DNA of 64,000 bases from Eukaryota sp. GEM-RC1 (Eukaryota): assembly GCA_040285855.1 (NCBI GenBank), contig JAUFOQ010000003.1, forward strand, positions 1,612,001 to 1,676,000. The letters are read 5' to 3'. The notes beneath the pieces are model-generated. The model did no database searches and had not been told where the DNA came from. It saw nothing but the letters and a program-made list of their open reading frames with translations. Position numbers and translations under genes: made by a program. Shown here piece by piece: positions 32,912 to 46,200 of the stretch; position 1 is the first letter of the stretch; each line of letters opens with the position of its first letter.

Positions 32912-35760
32912 ATGAGTCCTCGAACTGAAGATCCCTCGACAGCTTCTAGAAGCCCTCGAGATGAAGGAGAAGCGACAACCATGTTTGGTCCTCGCATTCG
33001 AAGTCCTTCTGGTTCCCCACCTGGTTCCAGAGGAGATGAAGCTCCATTGAAAGATTCCCAGACAACCAATCCTGGTCCTCTGGATGATTCCCAGACAACC
33101 TCTCAAGGTCCTCTGGATGGTTATATTTCCCAAACAACCCCTCAAGGTGCTTTGGACGAATCAACTCCCAAACAACCCCTCAAGGTGCTTTGGATGTCGC
33201 TGCAAACCAGACAACCTCTCACGGTCCTCTGGCTGGTTCCTCTGTCGTATCCCCTGACGTCGTTCAAATTGAAGATTTGTCACGGGAGGAAGAACGTGAG
33301 TTCCATAAACTACGTCTCGAAGCAACGCAGAAAGAACTAAAAGCTGCAGCCGACAAGGTCAACACGTTGTTATATGCCAAACCTACTCATGGTTGGGCTA
33401 TTCAGTCCCATAAACATATGATCGACGAGGAGCGCAGGAGATATAACAATGCAGAGAAGGCAAAGCTAGTCCAACGCCAGTTCCCCGAGTCATCTCGAAA
33501 CCCGCAAAATTGGCACAGAGCAGCGATACCGAATGAGCTCATTCCGTTCGCCAGTAGCCAGGACTCGCTCATTGGAATTGACGATCGCCAACTGTGGCAA
33601 ATGGCCAAGTTCGATCCCTTCAATGTGCTCCTTCGTCAAAGATTGAAGGAATCCAAGCACTTCCTAATCAGAAATGTACCTCCTATGACTCCCCCAGAAG
33701 TAATCACTCGTTACCTTGCAGGTAAGTTTGACCCACGTCGCGGGGACACATATAGATTTCCCGTTAGTGAATCCTGGGATCCAGCTCATGGAATCTCAGT
33801 CGAACCACTGATGGAAACGGTTCATCCATCCGGACAGAGTTTGGTATATGAGTACCCAGCATGGTACCAATACAGCTTGTCCACTAAGAAAGCTGCATGC
33901 AAAGATGTTGCAATAAGCACAGCGTGGCTTCCCGAAACCCCCGTATACGACAACTTACCTCCTGGCAAATCGTCGGAGCAAGTTTATAGTATTATGCCCC
34001 CCACTAGATATGGAACAATCGTCCCTTTCGGAATGAGAGGTGACCAATTGATCGATCCTACTGAGGGTTCTAATAAAAGGGAACGGCAAATCCATGCTGC
34101 CCTGCATGATGACCGCGAACTTCTTGATTCAACGAAACTTCCGTCTCAAGAAGAATATCCAGGTCAAAGCAAACGCCCTGAAACAGTGATCGTTTACAAA
34201 ATTCTGGACCGAACCTTGGGTACAACTGAGGAAATCAAGAAGTCCGAATTCGACGAACTCACTCGTCAGGAAAGTAGTGCTTCTTCGAGAGATCCCTTGA
34301 CAACAAGTCAACTGGAGAAAACTCCAAGAGTGAAACAGAAGAAAAGAACTACTGTTCTACGTTCACCGTCACTATCACCGACACCACCCGGATACAGACC
34401 TCCAGTGTATAGTCCTAGTCCTGCTTCAGCACGAAAAGAATTCGAACGCCAACAAGAAGAATGGAAACGCCGAGAAGAGAGTCGTCGAGAGCCATCCCCA
34501 TCTGAACCCGAGGAACCAAGCTCCTCCGAAGAAGACCAAGGAACATCTCATCTGACCTCCTCTGCTATCTCTGGTCGTGGTCACCCCAAAACGTCTAAAT
34601 CGACTTTAAAATCTAAAAACAAATTCCGTCCAAAAACTCTAGACAGTGAGGACCCGAAGAAAATTTTAAATTTTATCTTAGATTTCACGTACTGGTCAAA
34701 AGAAATTCGTGGTCAAGGTGATGGCCCCTATTCTACTGAGTTAGGTGAACCTGTACATGGCTTCGACCTAGTACGCACTTCTCTCAAGGAAGTAGACCCA
34801 TCTGAATGTTCTAAGTTTATTAGCACAGAACTGGTTTACTCCTGGAGAATGCTGAATGAATTGGAGATGGAAGGTACGAGTGATGAGAAACTTTGGTTAT
34901 ACATCCTTCTACTGACTCAATTTCCATCCTCTTCGACGGCTATCCAGGCCCTCAAGAGAGTTCAGTGCACTCTTAGCCAAGAGCCCACTCAAGCAATCAA
35001 TGCCTATTTGAAAGGTGTGATTACAATCATTCAACGGTCAACTGCTGTTCCCACAGTCCACCAACACGAACGCAAACATGTCCCCGCAAACCTAATTGCC
35101 GACGTCATGTTAAAGAAGTTAGATCCCCAAGGTGAATCATCCCTATTAACGGATCTGAAAATTCATTGGGTTGATCGTCTCACTTCTAGAGACAATCAGT
35201 ACGAATTGCCTCAGTTCATTAATGAACTCAAGGCCGCGTACATTGATTGGAAACGCTCTTCCGCTACTGTTAGCACGTCTCGCCCAACTGAAAAGCCCGC
35301 CGAAAGACGACAACACAGAGGCTCCAAGAAAAGAGATCAATCTCAGGACCAAAGAAGAGGTCCCAGAGACGAAGTCGTTTGATACAATTGTAACAAGAAG
35401 GGTCATCTTGCCAAAGACTGCCGCTCAAAGAAAGCAGAGCAACCCCAACGACAACACAAACGTAGAGCTGGTGACGATAGAAGTTCAAAAAAATCAAATA
35501 AAGATAGTAACTACATTTTTCAACTTAACAAAATCGACAACACCCCTCTAGAATATTCAAACCCCATAGCGTCCTTAGACTCACTGGGTAGTGGTAACAA
35601 AATAAACAGCTTACAGAACCTAGGGGTCGATGATAGTGGAAAAGGGTCCCTATCTTTTCGACTGTTGATCAACAATGTGCCAGTAACCGGCGAATTTGAC
35701 ACAGCTGCAACATGCTCTGTCATTACACAAGATTTAGCCCGTCTCTGTGAATGGATATGA
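32912..35760 (+). CDS. gag: Gag (CCHC knuckle) + aspartic protease; frameshift at ~33170; in-frame TGA at 35380
   Basis: VV*YNCNKKGHLAKDC knuckle; the same frame continues to protease GEFDTAATCSVI at ~35690-35725. Confidence 0.75.
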
Positions 35761-38700
35761 TCGATGACAGCATCGATTACCTTTCAGCGAATAATATTCG
35801 TGCAACATCCCTGGGGAGTGCAATTGGTACACTGACGTTCAACGTCGGGAGTCTGGCCAACAACGTTCACATGAAGCACTGTCTTCCTATAATTCCTGGT
35901 ACCGGAATATTTTTAATAGGACGTGACCTGCTTAACGAACTTGGACTCCTGACGGATGATGGTTTAGTCATTCAACTAGACAAAGAGCACCGCACTATCC
36001 TGAACGCAGAGAGTGAATTTGACGCAAGGATGATAACTCCTCCAAATTCCATCGGGAATCAATCAATTTTGAATGTTTCTAACGATGTGAACGGCGACTC
36101 TCAATCAAATCCAAACTCAGGTTCCGATTTTGAACGATTCATAGATGATTCTGGCTGTATCATTCGTCTTGACGACACCACTCGAAGAGAGACATTGCTG
36201 AAAACACTAAGTGAGTACGCAGACGTTTTTTCAGAAGACATTGACCCCGATGGCATAGACTGCTCTCCGATGTCAATCCCCTTCTATGACGAAAACGTCA
36301 CTGTCTTTCGTCCTCCCCGGAAGCTAAATCCCACAAAACAACGGGTAGCCGAGGAGATTTTTAATGAATTAATACGTAAAGGATGGGCCGTACCATCAAA
36401 CGGAAAGTTCAGCAGTCCCATAGTCTTGGTCGTCTACAATGACCACCGCAAGCCTCGTTTAACTGGAGATTTCAGTGGACTTGATGGGATCAATGCTAAT
36501 ACCAAACCTGTGAAGCCGAACCTTCCAAGGATTTGCGATACCCTGGAGTTCCTATCGAAAGCAAATTTCATAGGAACACTCGACCTCCCAAAAGCCTTCT
36601 GGCAGCTAAAAGTAGCTGACGAGGACGTCAATAAGACCACTCTGTCTATTCCAGGTATGTCAATTAGCTTCAAACGAGCATGTTTTGGTTTAAAGAATGT
36701 ACCTGCAATCTTCCAAAACATCATGATGGAAATCTTCAGTTGTGAAGGTGTGTTCATTTATATCGACGATATAATTGTCATTGGCAACACCTTCGAAGAG
36801 TTTCTTTCAAGAATCGCAAACGTACTTGAACGCGCCAGACGTTACCGAGTACGGTTTGGCTTAAAGAAGTGTCATTTCACGACTTCAAGTCATAAAATAA
36901 AGATTCTAGGCAGCGACTTTGTGAACAAAACCCGTCACATTGACGAGAGTAGGGTCTCGGCTTTAAAGAGTCTACCGTCCCCCAAGACACTTCCTGAGGT
37001 TCGAAGTCTCATTGGCGCGTTGAATTACATCCGTGATTGGATTCCGAATTTCTCGGACCTGATGTCACCGATTATTAAACTAACCAGAGACAAACCAAAG
37101 AAGATTTACTGGACAGACGAACATGAAAACTTATTAAGCGAAATAAAACGGTTGATAATCAATAACATGGCTCTAGACTTACCTGACGAAGATAAGAACA
37201 TTATCATATCGACAGACGCATCGGACATCGCCGTAGGAGGAGTCATCTGGCAGGAAGAAAACCCCCAGCTCCACCCGGCACTCCACTGAAGGATCGCAAG
37301 GTAAAACCGGTATCCTTCTATAGCCGACTCCTTAACGACAGTCAGCAAAATTGGTCAGCTATCCAGAAAGAGCTGTACGCAATCTTGTTGATTCTGACTG
37401 AATCAAACCTAGAAAGCTTCCTCATAAGTAGACACTTGGTGATCTTCACTGATCACAGGAACCTTTCCTTTCTCATATCCGCCCCAGAAAAGAATAGGAT
37501 CGTAAAACGTTGGATCCCCATCTTATCCGAGTTTAGTTTTGAGATTGAACACGTTGCAGGAGAAGACAACCACTGGGCTGACATGCTCTCTCGCGTTATT
37601 GACCGCAATCCAGTGGAAACAATCAAATCAGTAAATCTGATTGAACGCCACACCGAGGATCACATCACACTCAATCGTAATGATTTGAGATATGATGAAG
37701 CCAACTACATCGAGTCTCAACCACATGACAACTCAGTTTATGTAATTAGCAACCTCCGTGAACTTTCAACAGATGGCAAGTTGCCCCTGTTCAACTCATG
37801 GCTATCAACCATCAGAGCTGAGCAGCTAACGGCAATAAAAGCAAAAGACACTTTATTCACAAAAGCTAACCTTTGTCCTAAGAGCAAGACTTACGTTAAC
37901 AGCAAGAATAAGATACTGATACCGTCGAGCTTACGTAAGAAAGTCCTCTACATGCTCCACGGACTCGTCCAGTCTGGTCACCCTAACTTGAAAAATAGTT
38001 TGGAAAAGCTGTTCAATAGTGGCTACTTTTGGCCTAGCATGAAGGTTGACATGATCAACCACGTGAATCGATGTCCATCCTGTCAGAAAACGGCACCTGT
38101 CCGTAAACTGGCAATTGAGCCGACGGGTTCTCTCTGGGCTAATCGACCTTTTGCAAGACTTAACGTCGACACAATAGGACCTCTGCCAAAGGATCAAAAT
38201 GGAAACCAGTTTCTACTGGTATTTGTTGACTCGTTCAGCAGATACACCATTTTAAGCCCCCTCGAGGATCTGAATAGCACTGAAGTAGCATATCGCCTGG
38301 TTTGGGATGTAATAGCTATTTTTGGTATACCGTTCTGTATCCATAGTGATAACGGCAAGGAGTTTGCTAACGCTACATTCGAGGCAGTTTGCAACCTACT
38401 GGCCATTGAAGTCAGTCGATCGATTCCTCATTTCTCTCAGAGTAATGGTCTGGTGGAACGACGACATAGAGACGTGCTGCAAAGTCTACGCCGTCTTCTT
38501 GTAGATTTCAATGATTACGACAATTGGTCAACATACATTCCTTCGGTTCAGCTCCAAATCAATTCAACTAAGAGTAGTGTAACGGGACATTCCCCCCTAC
38601 GAGTTGATGTTTGGTAGCGACATAAGCCCAGGTGCAGACCCCGGTACTATGTTAAAAGCGATCGAATGTTCCACTTCGGAAATTTCGTTCATCGACGACA

Positions 38701-39296
38701 TGGCTCTGAAACTGAAACGCCTTAAAGAAAAGAGAGAAAAGGCAGGGGCTCGACAATCGAGTAAGGCTCCTTCTAAGAAATCTCAACCTAATCCCTTTAA
38801 GGCAGGGGACCTTGTGCTCAAGGCAACTAAGTCATCCAAGCTACATGGTAGTTATTGTGGACCATTCTTAGTAATGTCAATTGATTCCAATACTTCCATG
38901 TCTATCAAGAATTTGATCACTGGTCACGTTGGTAAAGCAAGCATCCATCAATGCAAGATCTATCAGACAGATTTACCCAATGATGATGAGCTTCACAAGG
39001 CTGTTGCTTCGGGTGATACTGAAGAACATATCTTGGTCAAAGTCCTTGATCGATATGATACCCCTGAAGGCGAGTATTGCACAGTAGTCTGGTTTGGTGG
39101 CGAACACTCAGTAGTTCCCCTAAAAGACATCACGAATACGAAAGCATACTCAGAGTTTATTAAATTAAATAGTAATAGTAGTAATGACTCCACTGTCCAC
39201 AGGCCTAAGAAGAAAAGAGTATCCAGCGAGCAATCTCAGAAAGCTAAGTCACCTGTAGCCAAGAGAACAAGGAACTCGAAAAGAGAGAAGAGGTAG
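35751..39296 (+). CDS. pol: Pol: protease C-terminus, reverse transcriptase, RNase H, integrase with GPY/F and chromo-like tail; frameshifts at ~37265 and ~38595
   Basis: RT LDLPKAFWQ, FGLKNVP, YIDD; RH TDASDIAVGG; IN H..GH...CPSC, VDTIGP, SDNG, ERRH; YCGPF; VLDRYDTPEGEYCTVVWFG. Confidence 0.92.
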
Positions 39297-39398
39297 TGTT
39301 GGCCACAGGTGTTATGATGTGGCAGTGTTGAAGTATGGTGTTGCCATTTATAAAATATATTATCCTTTCCCCTTGCATGTCTACCTTTACAGGTATCA
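39297..39398 (+). repeat. 3' LTR
   Basis: Identical to the 5' LTR; followed by TSD CTGA. Confidence 0.95.
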
Positions 39399-40069
39399 CT
39401 GAGATTAATTATTTCGCAATTGTATTAGTCTCACTAAATATATATAAACATGACATCATTTTTCTTTGAAACACTACCCCTACTTCAAGTTCCCAATCTT
39501 TTTTAACAAGTAAACTTTGCCCTTGATCCATCTGTGTTTCTTCGTGATTTCTTGAAGACCAAAGATCAACTGATATTCATACCAAAGTCCAGTATCATCT
39601 CCAAATGGAGCTTGGAAGATGTTCTGAGCCTTATAGCTACGAATGAAGCCACAAAAATTGATTTAGATTGGTGAATGGGGAATCATATGGTTAAGTACAG
39701 TGTTAAGTTGATCTTATCAGTATAAAACTTCTTCCAATTGTAAAAACTCATTCAATCATTTGTATTTTTGTTACATCTTTCTCGTTAAAACAACAAAAGT
39801 TGTATTTGGGAGGTCAAAATTGAAACTCTCATATCGGAATTAGTCTCACTGGGACGATTTTCTAGTGAGACTAATTTGTTAGTGAGACTAATTGAAACAA
39901 TCGGTGTAGTTGATTGCAAATTTAATCTGCTAGAAGAATCCTCAAGGATTAAATACAATGTTTAATTGACATGCCCTGACTTCACCACAGAACTTCATGT
40001 GGATGTAAATGTTGACAACTACATGTAATATGATCTCATCATAGACTAATTTTTGAATTTGTTTATGTA

Positions 40070-40160
40070 CAGTCTACCCTCTAATTAGTGACACCCCAGC
40101 GGCAGTCACTTTATCGAGGGTGTCACTATTCAGAAATGTCACTATTCAGAGGTTAGACTG
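40070..40160. mobile_element. 91-bp Tc1/mariner (pogo-like) MITE
   Basis: TIR cagtctaccctctaattagtgaca, 21/24 match; TA flanks at 40068-69 and 40161-62. Confidence 0.7.
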
Positions 40161-40235
40161 TACTAGATTGATCATTAAACGTAATAATAATAACTTTATC
40201 CACAGTCTATACAACCACAACTAACTAGAAAAGAC

Positions 40236-41751
40236 TCAACAAACTTCAGGAGTTCTTTTAAAATCAGGCCATACTAAGCCACATTTTTCATTGATATGAG
40301 CATGAGGTTTAACTGAATTAACACCAATCAAATCCAAGAGATAATGTCCAAGAATGTGACAGAAAGGATACGAATCAGTTTGACAAACATCAGGTTTAAT
40401 CGGCTCAAAAAGCTGAATCTGATACAAATCACGTGGATGAAACTCAGCGGCATTAACCTTTGAGCTAAAACCTTCCCCAAACACCCCATCAAACAGACCA
40501 GAAACCTTCCATGCCTTCACCACTAAATTGGTACATTGAAGACACTCTCTCGAGTCAACCATTAAATGATCAGGATTACTAGACTTCATTGGGTACCTCC
40601 AGTCATCTTGCTCAGGAATAACAAAGAGATCTACAACAGTTTTGTTATGATCTCTGGCCCAGATAACAACGTCTTCAAATGACTCGACCTTGGTATGGAT
40701 ACGTTGTTCAAAAGCTCCATAAAGCATCTCTTTGGCACCGGCAGGAGTAGCACGCTCAATGAGATATCCAAACAATAGACCAAAGTAAGTTCCATTGATA
40801 GGGTAAGGGAAAGGATGCTCAGTTGAGTCAATGGGGGCAAAGAAATTCCCATGATAACAGTATTCCCAGCCTTCTCTCTCAGTGAACCATTCCCAGAGCT
40901 TGTATTCATCAATGTATTTAACCCAATCGCGTCTGATTGGTAACCAGACGGCAGAGCAAGTTTCAGCGTGGCAAAGAGTACCATTGGCGTGTAGCTCCAC
41001 CCATGTTTCATATTCAAACTTGTTGATTCCAAAAGAAGGGTTGGTTTCAGCTACATAGAGTTGTTTTGTGTAAGGATTACGGATGAAGAAAGCGGAGTGG
41101 CCGGCGCGACTACCAGATCCATAACAGATTCCAGCTTCCTCGGTGTTCATTTTAAGAATGGATAAGGCGTCTCCACTGTGGATTAGGTGTTCAGGGACAA
41201 GCGAGTAAGGTTGTTCACGACGAACAAACTCGTGTTGAGCGTACTTTTCTAAGAAGGTGCGGATAGCCTTGGGATCTTCTCTTTTAAAGGCATTATATAT
41301 GTCCCAGATGAATCTGATGTCTTTGAGTAAGTTGATATCAAGGCGGAAAATAGCAAGGCCATATTGGAGGACGTCTTCGTAAGCATCGATCTTATCAGTT
41401 TGCCAGTTCTTGATCTTCCATCTATGGATTCCTAAGATGAGCGAAAGGAGGAAACGAACCTCGCATTTCACAAGTATGGATGAAATACTGAGTCCCCGAA
41501 ACAAAGAGGTAGAAATCGGCACAAAAGAAGGATGTTGGCATTTGGGCATCAAGGATTAGTTCTCCACCCTCCGGGGAGGCATATAGAGTGGCCTTGTTCA
41601 TGGTAAAGCAGTCAGATGAGAACACGAATGGTTTACCCCCATGATTTGCTGGTTTGACGGCGCCCTTATATTCAACAGGTAGATGTTGGTTAGACAGCGT
41701 CTGGCCTGCACAGACCAGACTGATAACGCAAAGGATAAGTAGATGATGCAT
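40236..41751 (-). CDS. Secreted protein with permuted papain-like (NlpC/P60 YiiX-type) fold; frameshift at ~41430-41550
   Basis: Signal peptide MHHLLILCVISLVCAG; SGD...AGHSAF (His) precedes LQCTNLVVKAWK (Cys); EFHPRDLY. Confidence 0.55.
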
Positions 41752-41832
41752 TGAATCAAAACAAAGTTCCCGATATCTTCAATCAAATCATGTGAGGCAT
41801 CTTCTCACTTTTGGTCTCCTACTTCGGCTGTG

Positions 41833-43105
41833 ATGTGGACACTCATCAAACATCTGGGCTTTCTTTTTGTTTTGTTGATCACAAATATCTTTCTGTATGT
41901 TCAATCTCTGCATTCATTTGTTCAATTCCTTTGGTTTATGCAGATTATTGTACTTGTTGCGTTTGCTTCGTCTAATTTGTGGTTAAACTCCTTTCATAAC
42001 TTAACATTTGACTCATTTGTATATTGCATTCTCATTTCTTCGTCACTGCTGTGTCTTTTCTCTATCGAGTCTGGTAGAGAGTTAAATAAGTGTCGATCTC
42101 AATTCCATTCAAGCAATACTGTATCAATCGTTCCAAATAACACGGCTTTAGTAACACTTACATCTGGAAAATTTATCACTGACTTAATTGCATTATCTCT
42201 TTCGCTGGAAATCACCAACCCTCAGTTACCCCTTATTTGCTTAGTTTCCTCTGAGTTCAATCCTTCAGATCTGAACCTCCTACGTAAGTATTGTACGTCC
42301 ATTAAACAATTTTCTCATTTGCAATTATCATGGTGGAAGTACCATCGTCATTTTAAGTGGCATCGGACTTTAGAGATGGTCGAAGCGGTAAACAAGATTC
42401 AAATTTGGCGTCTTAATGAACTTCCTGTAATTGACAATCCAATGCCTCCCATTGACCATTGTTTGTATGTTGACAGTGACTGTATAGTACAACAATCAAT
42501 TGAGGAGAAAATCCCGTCTCTAAAGGAACTGTCTGCTGTTACAGGCCCTGTTAAATCCAAGATTAACAGTGGTGTGCTAGGTTTCCAGCCTAGTAATGAC
42601 ACCTTCACAGAGCTGTGGAACAAGTGGGTATCGGGAAGTTATCCCAGGGGCTTTGGTGATCAAGGTTTGATTGGAACACATTTTTACGATCAAAAAAGGG
42701 TGAATTTTATTGATGGTTTGTCATTGCTTTCATGTGCTCATCGTAGATTCCTGGAATTGGAGGACGTATCTAGATCACAAAGGGGTGACATTGATGAAAG
42801 AAGCCAAAATTCTACATTTTAATGGAAAATTAAAACCATCGAATTTTGATCTTCATGGAAGTGTGTTGTTGAGAAAGCTTGGTATTGTGATTTGGGGAAG
42901 TTATAGGGTGAATCAATGGTTGTTGTTGACAGAAAAGGCATTTCAACAGGAACCTACAAACAGCAGCTGTGAAGGATATACATTCATCAAAACGATATTC
43001 TTCACATGTTTTCTAGTGTCAATTATGATCTGTTTTTACTGTAGACATAGACCTTATCTGGTGCCAAAATACCATAGGCTAGCACTACTACAATCATGTC
43101 CTTGA
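41833..43105 (+). CDS. Glycosyltransferase family 8 (glycogenin-like fold) membrane protein; frameshift at ~42720-42780
   Basis: ALVTL; KIQIWRL; CLYVDSDCIV (DXD); INSGV; GDQG; ILHFNGKLKP; N- and C-terminal hydrophobic segments. Confidence 0.8.
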
Positions 43106-43241
43106 ATTTGACCGTTTACGAGGGACTGATACATGTGAAAATCGATTAGGTATCGTTGAACTAGAAGTTCTCAAAGAAATACAAAAAACACTACATGTAC
43201 ATTGACAAGACAAAAAACATAATAATATACAACAAAAATGA

Positions 43242-46200
43242 CTAAGAATTAATTACTTGGGAAAGAACATCAGTCCACCGGGTACGATCTGCTGAACTCA
43301 TGGCTTCAAGGTAATAAGTTCGTTCTCCATGTTCAGCACAAATACAGAAACACCGATCACGTTTCTTTGACCCATTGACTGTAGCAGACTTTTCTAAAAC
43401 AACAACAGAATTTGAATTCAAATGGATACGTCCTTTGGGTTCTGCTGTTGAACTGTTTTCGTAGTAAGATAGAACTTTGTTGGATAGGATAAACCACCGC
43501 TTTTTCCAATTTTTCCACATACCTAAAATAAATCTAAGATAAATACATACCACCTTGTTTCATGAGATACCCTTGAAAGAAGATATTTGCTGGGGGATTC
43601 TGCTTATGAGGAGGAGAATGAATTGGTGAGTTGGATTTCGGAACAAGAGCTGATTTTTGAGCAACAGTGTGTTTGACAACAACTTCAGGAATTTCATTAA
43701 CTTCAGCTGGTTTTTCCACACTTGTTGGTTCAACTAGCAAATTTTCTTGTGCAACAACATCAAGATCTTCATTAACTTCAGCTGGTTTTTCCACAATTGT
43801 TGGTTCAACTGGCAAAATTTCTTGTGCAACAACATCAAGATCTTCATTAACTTCAGCTGGTTTTTCCACAATTGTTGGTTCAACTAGCAAATTTTCTTGT
43901 GCAACAACATCAAGATCTTCATTAACTTCAGCTGGTTTTTCCACAATTGTTGGTTCAACTGGCAAATTTTCTTGTGCAACAACATCAAGATCTTCATTAA
44001 CTTCAGCTGGTTTTTCCACAATTGTTGGTTCAACTGGCAAATTTTCTTGTGCAACAACATCAAGATCTTCATTAACTTCAGCTGGTTTTTCCACAATTGT
44101 TGGTTCAACTAGCAAATTTTCTTGTGCAACAACATCAAGATCTTCATTAACTTCAGCTGGTTTTTCCACAATTGTTGGTTCAACTAGCAAATTTTCTTGT
44201 GCAACAACATCAAGATCTTCATTAACTTCAGCTGGTTTTTCCACAATTGTTGGTTCAACTAGCAAATTTTCTTGTGCAACAACATCAAGATCTTCATTAA
44301 CTTCAGCTGGTTTTTCCACAATTGTTGGTTCAACTGGCAAATTTTCTTGTGCAACAACATCAAGATCTTCATTAACTTCAGCTGGTTTTTCCACAATTGT
44401 TGGTTCAACTAGCAAATTTTCTTGTGCAACAACATCAAGATCTTCATTAACTTCAGCTGGTTTTTCCACAATTGTTGGTTCAACTAGCAAATTTTCTTGT
44501 GCAACAACATCAAGATCTTCATTAACTTCAGCTGGTTTTTCCACAATTGTTGGTTCAACTAGCAAATTTTCTTGTGCAACAACATCAAGATCTTCATTAA
44601 CTTCAGCTGGTTTTTCCACAATTGTTGGTTCAACTAGCAAATTTTCTTGTGCAACAACATCAAGATCTTCATTAACTTCAGCTGGTTTTTCCACAATTGT
44701 TGGTTCAACTGGCAAAATTTCTTGTGCAACAACATCAAGATCTTCATTCACTTCAGCTGGTTTTTCCACAATTGTTGGTTCAACTAGCAAATTTTCTTGT
44801 GCAACAACATCAAGATCTTCATTCACTTCAGCTGGTTTTTCCACAATTGTTGGTTCAACTAGCAAATTTTCTTGTGCAACAACATCAAGATCTTCATTAA
44901 CTTCAGCTGGTTTTTCCACAATTGTTGGTTCAACTGGCAAAATTTCTTGTGCAACAACATCAAGATCTTCATTAACTTCAGCTGGTTTTTCCACAATTGT
45001 TGGTTCAACTGGCAAACGTTCCTCGACTTCTGCAGTTTCAACAACATCGTCAGTAAACTCATCATGCTCGTCTTGCTTCCTCTCTTCAGTTTCACCAAGA
45101 TTCTCTCCAGGTTCTACCTCGTCAATCTGATCAACAATAGAACTGATATCATTACCAATCTTCTTAGAACCTTCATTTACTTTAAGTTCAGGGTGAACAG
45201 CATGTTTGTACTCACGGTTAAATGGCTGGAAAACAATAACAAAAAGAATGGTTAAAACAACAAGAGAACAGACACTGCCGATTGGAAGCACGTCATAAAT
45301 TGCCTGACAAGAATTTGAAAACAATCTAACAATGAGCAAGAATGTCTCTTTCACCACTGCTTTTAATTCTTCATCAACAGGAAGTTCCTCAACAGTTGTT
45401 TCCTCCACTTCATTTGTTTGCTTTACATGAAAGGTTTCTTTGGCTAGACTCATTGCTACAGTCTCATCGTGAGTTAAAAGAACATTGTCAATGAGAATAT
45501 CCTCATCCAAAGTCCAAACTTCCATACCAATAGCTTCAACTTTCAACTTCTTTAATGGCTGAGATAGTTGAAAGTAATTAGGATTGTCAATGAGTGGAAC
45601 TTCAAACTTTCCTTTATAATCAGGATTCAAAACCATTGGAGGAATCCATTCACCATAGAACTCGGGATTATCAACAACTGGAGGTTCCCATTCACCATCA
45701 GCATCTTCATTCCAATCGTCAGGTTTAACAGCATCTGGATCAGGAATGAACTCAGGCTGATCCCAGTACAAAGGCTTTTGGACTGAAGGATCTGGAATAA
45801 GTAGACGGTCATCCCAGTTATTAGGTTTTTGGACTTTAGGGTCATGAATCTGCTTGGGAGGGTTAACGGGAGGTTCAAAGAAGTCAAAAGACTTCCAGAA
45901 GACACGATCTGGTCATCTATCTTGATTTGGAAGTCATTGGTTTTGGGATCAACGATGAGGGTGTAGAGATGGGTAAGACCATCATTCTGAACAGAAGGAG
46001 GATTAACCAAATGATGTTCTTCGTACTTGTTGGTGATTGGGTTTAAGGATGTGAAGATGAAGTGGACTTCGGAGGAACCACAGACATCGGGGCCAAACAT
46101 GATAACGTAAGGAGTATCGTCAGAGAAATCAGAAGCAGTTGGAGTAGTTCTAAGAAGTTTCATGTAAGTCCCAGCACAGGAGACTGGGTGTTTCTGATAG

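Larger units (their letters stand above)
32760..39398 (+). mobile_element. Full-length Ty3/Gypsy LTR retrotransposon (chromovirus-like)
   Basis: Identical 102-bp TG...CA LTRs (32760-32861, 39297-39398); 4-bp TSD CTGA; PPT aagagagaagaggtag; gag-PR-RT-RH-IN order. Confidence 0.95.
32637..39906. mobile_element. Tc1/mariner-type MITE (~630 bp) interrupted by the LTR retrotransposon
   Basis: TIR caccgattgtttcaattagtc(a/t)cact, 25/26 match; TA on both sides (32635-36, 39907-08); internal tagtctcact/agtgagacta repeats. Confidence 0.85.

Noticed and set aside
35380..35382. Alternative genetic code (UGA = Cys)
   Set aside because: TGA serves as an apparent normal stop elsewhere (e.g. 22679-81, 24185-87, 43103-05), and conserved Cys residues use TGT/TGC.
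43667..45130. 487-aa Ser/Thr-rich antisense ORF
   Set aside because: Arises because the 75-bp unit has no stop on the opposite strand; the sense frame is continuous with calnexin and PH.
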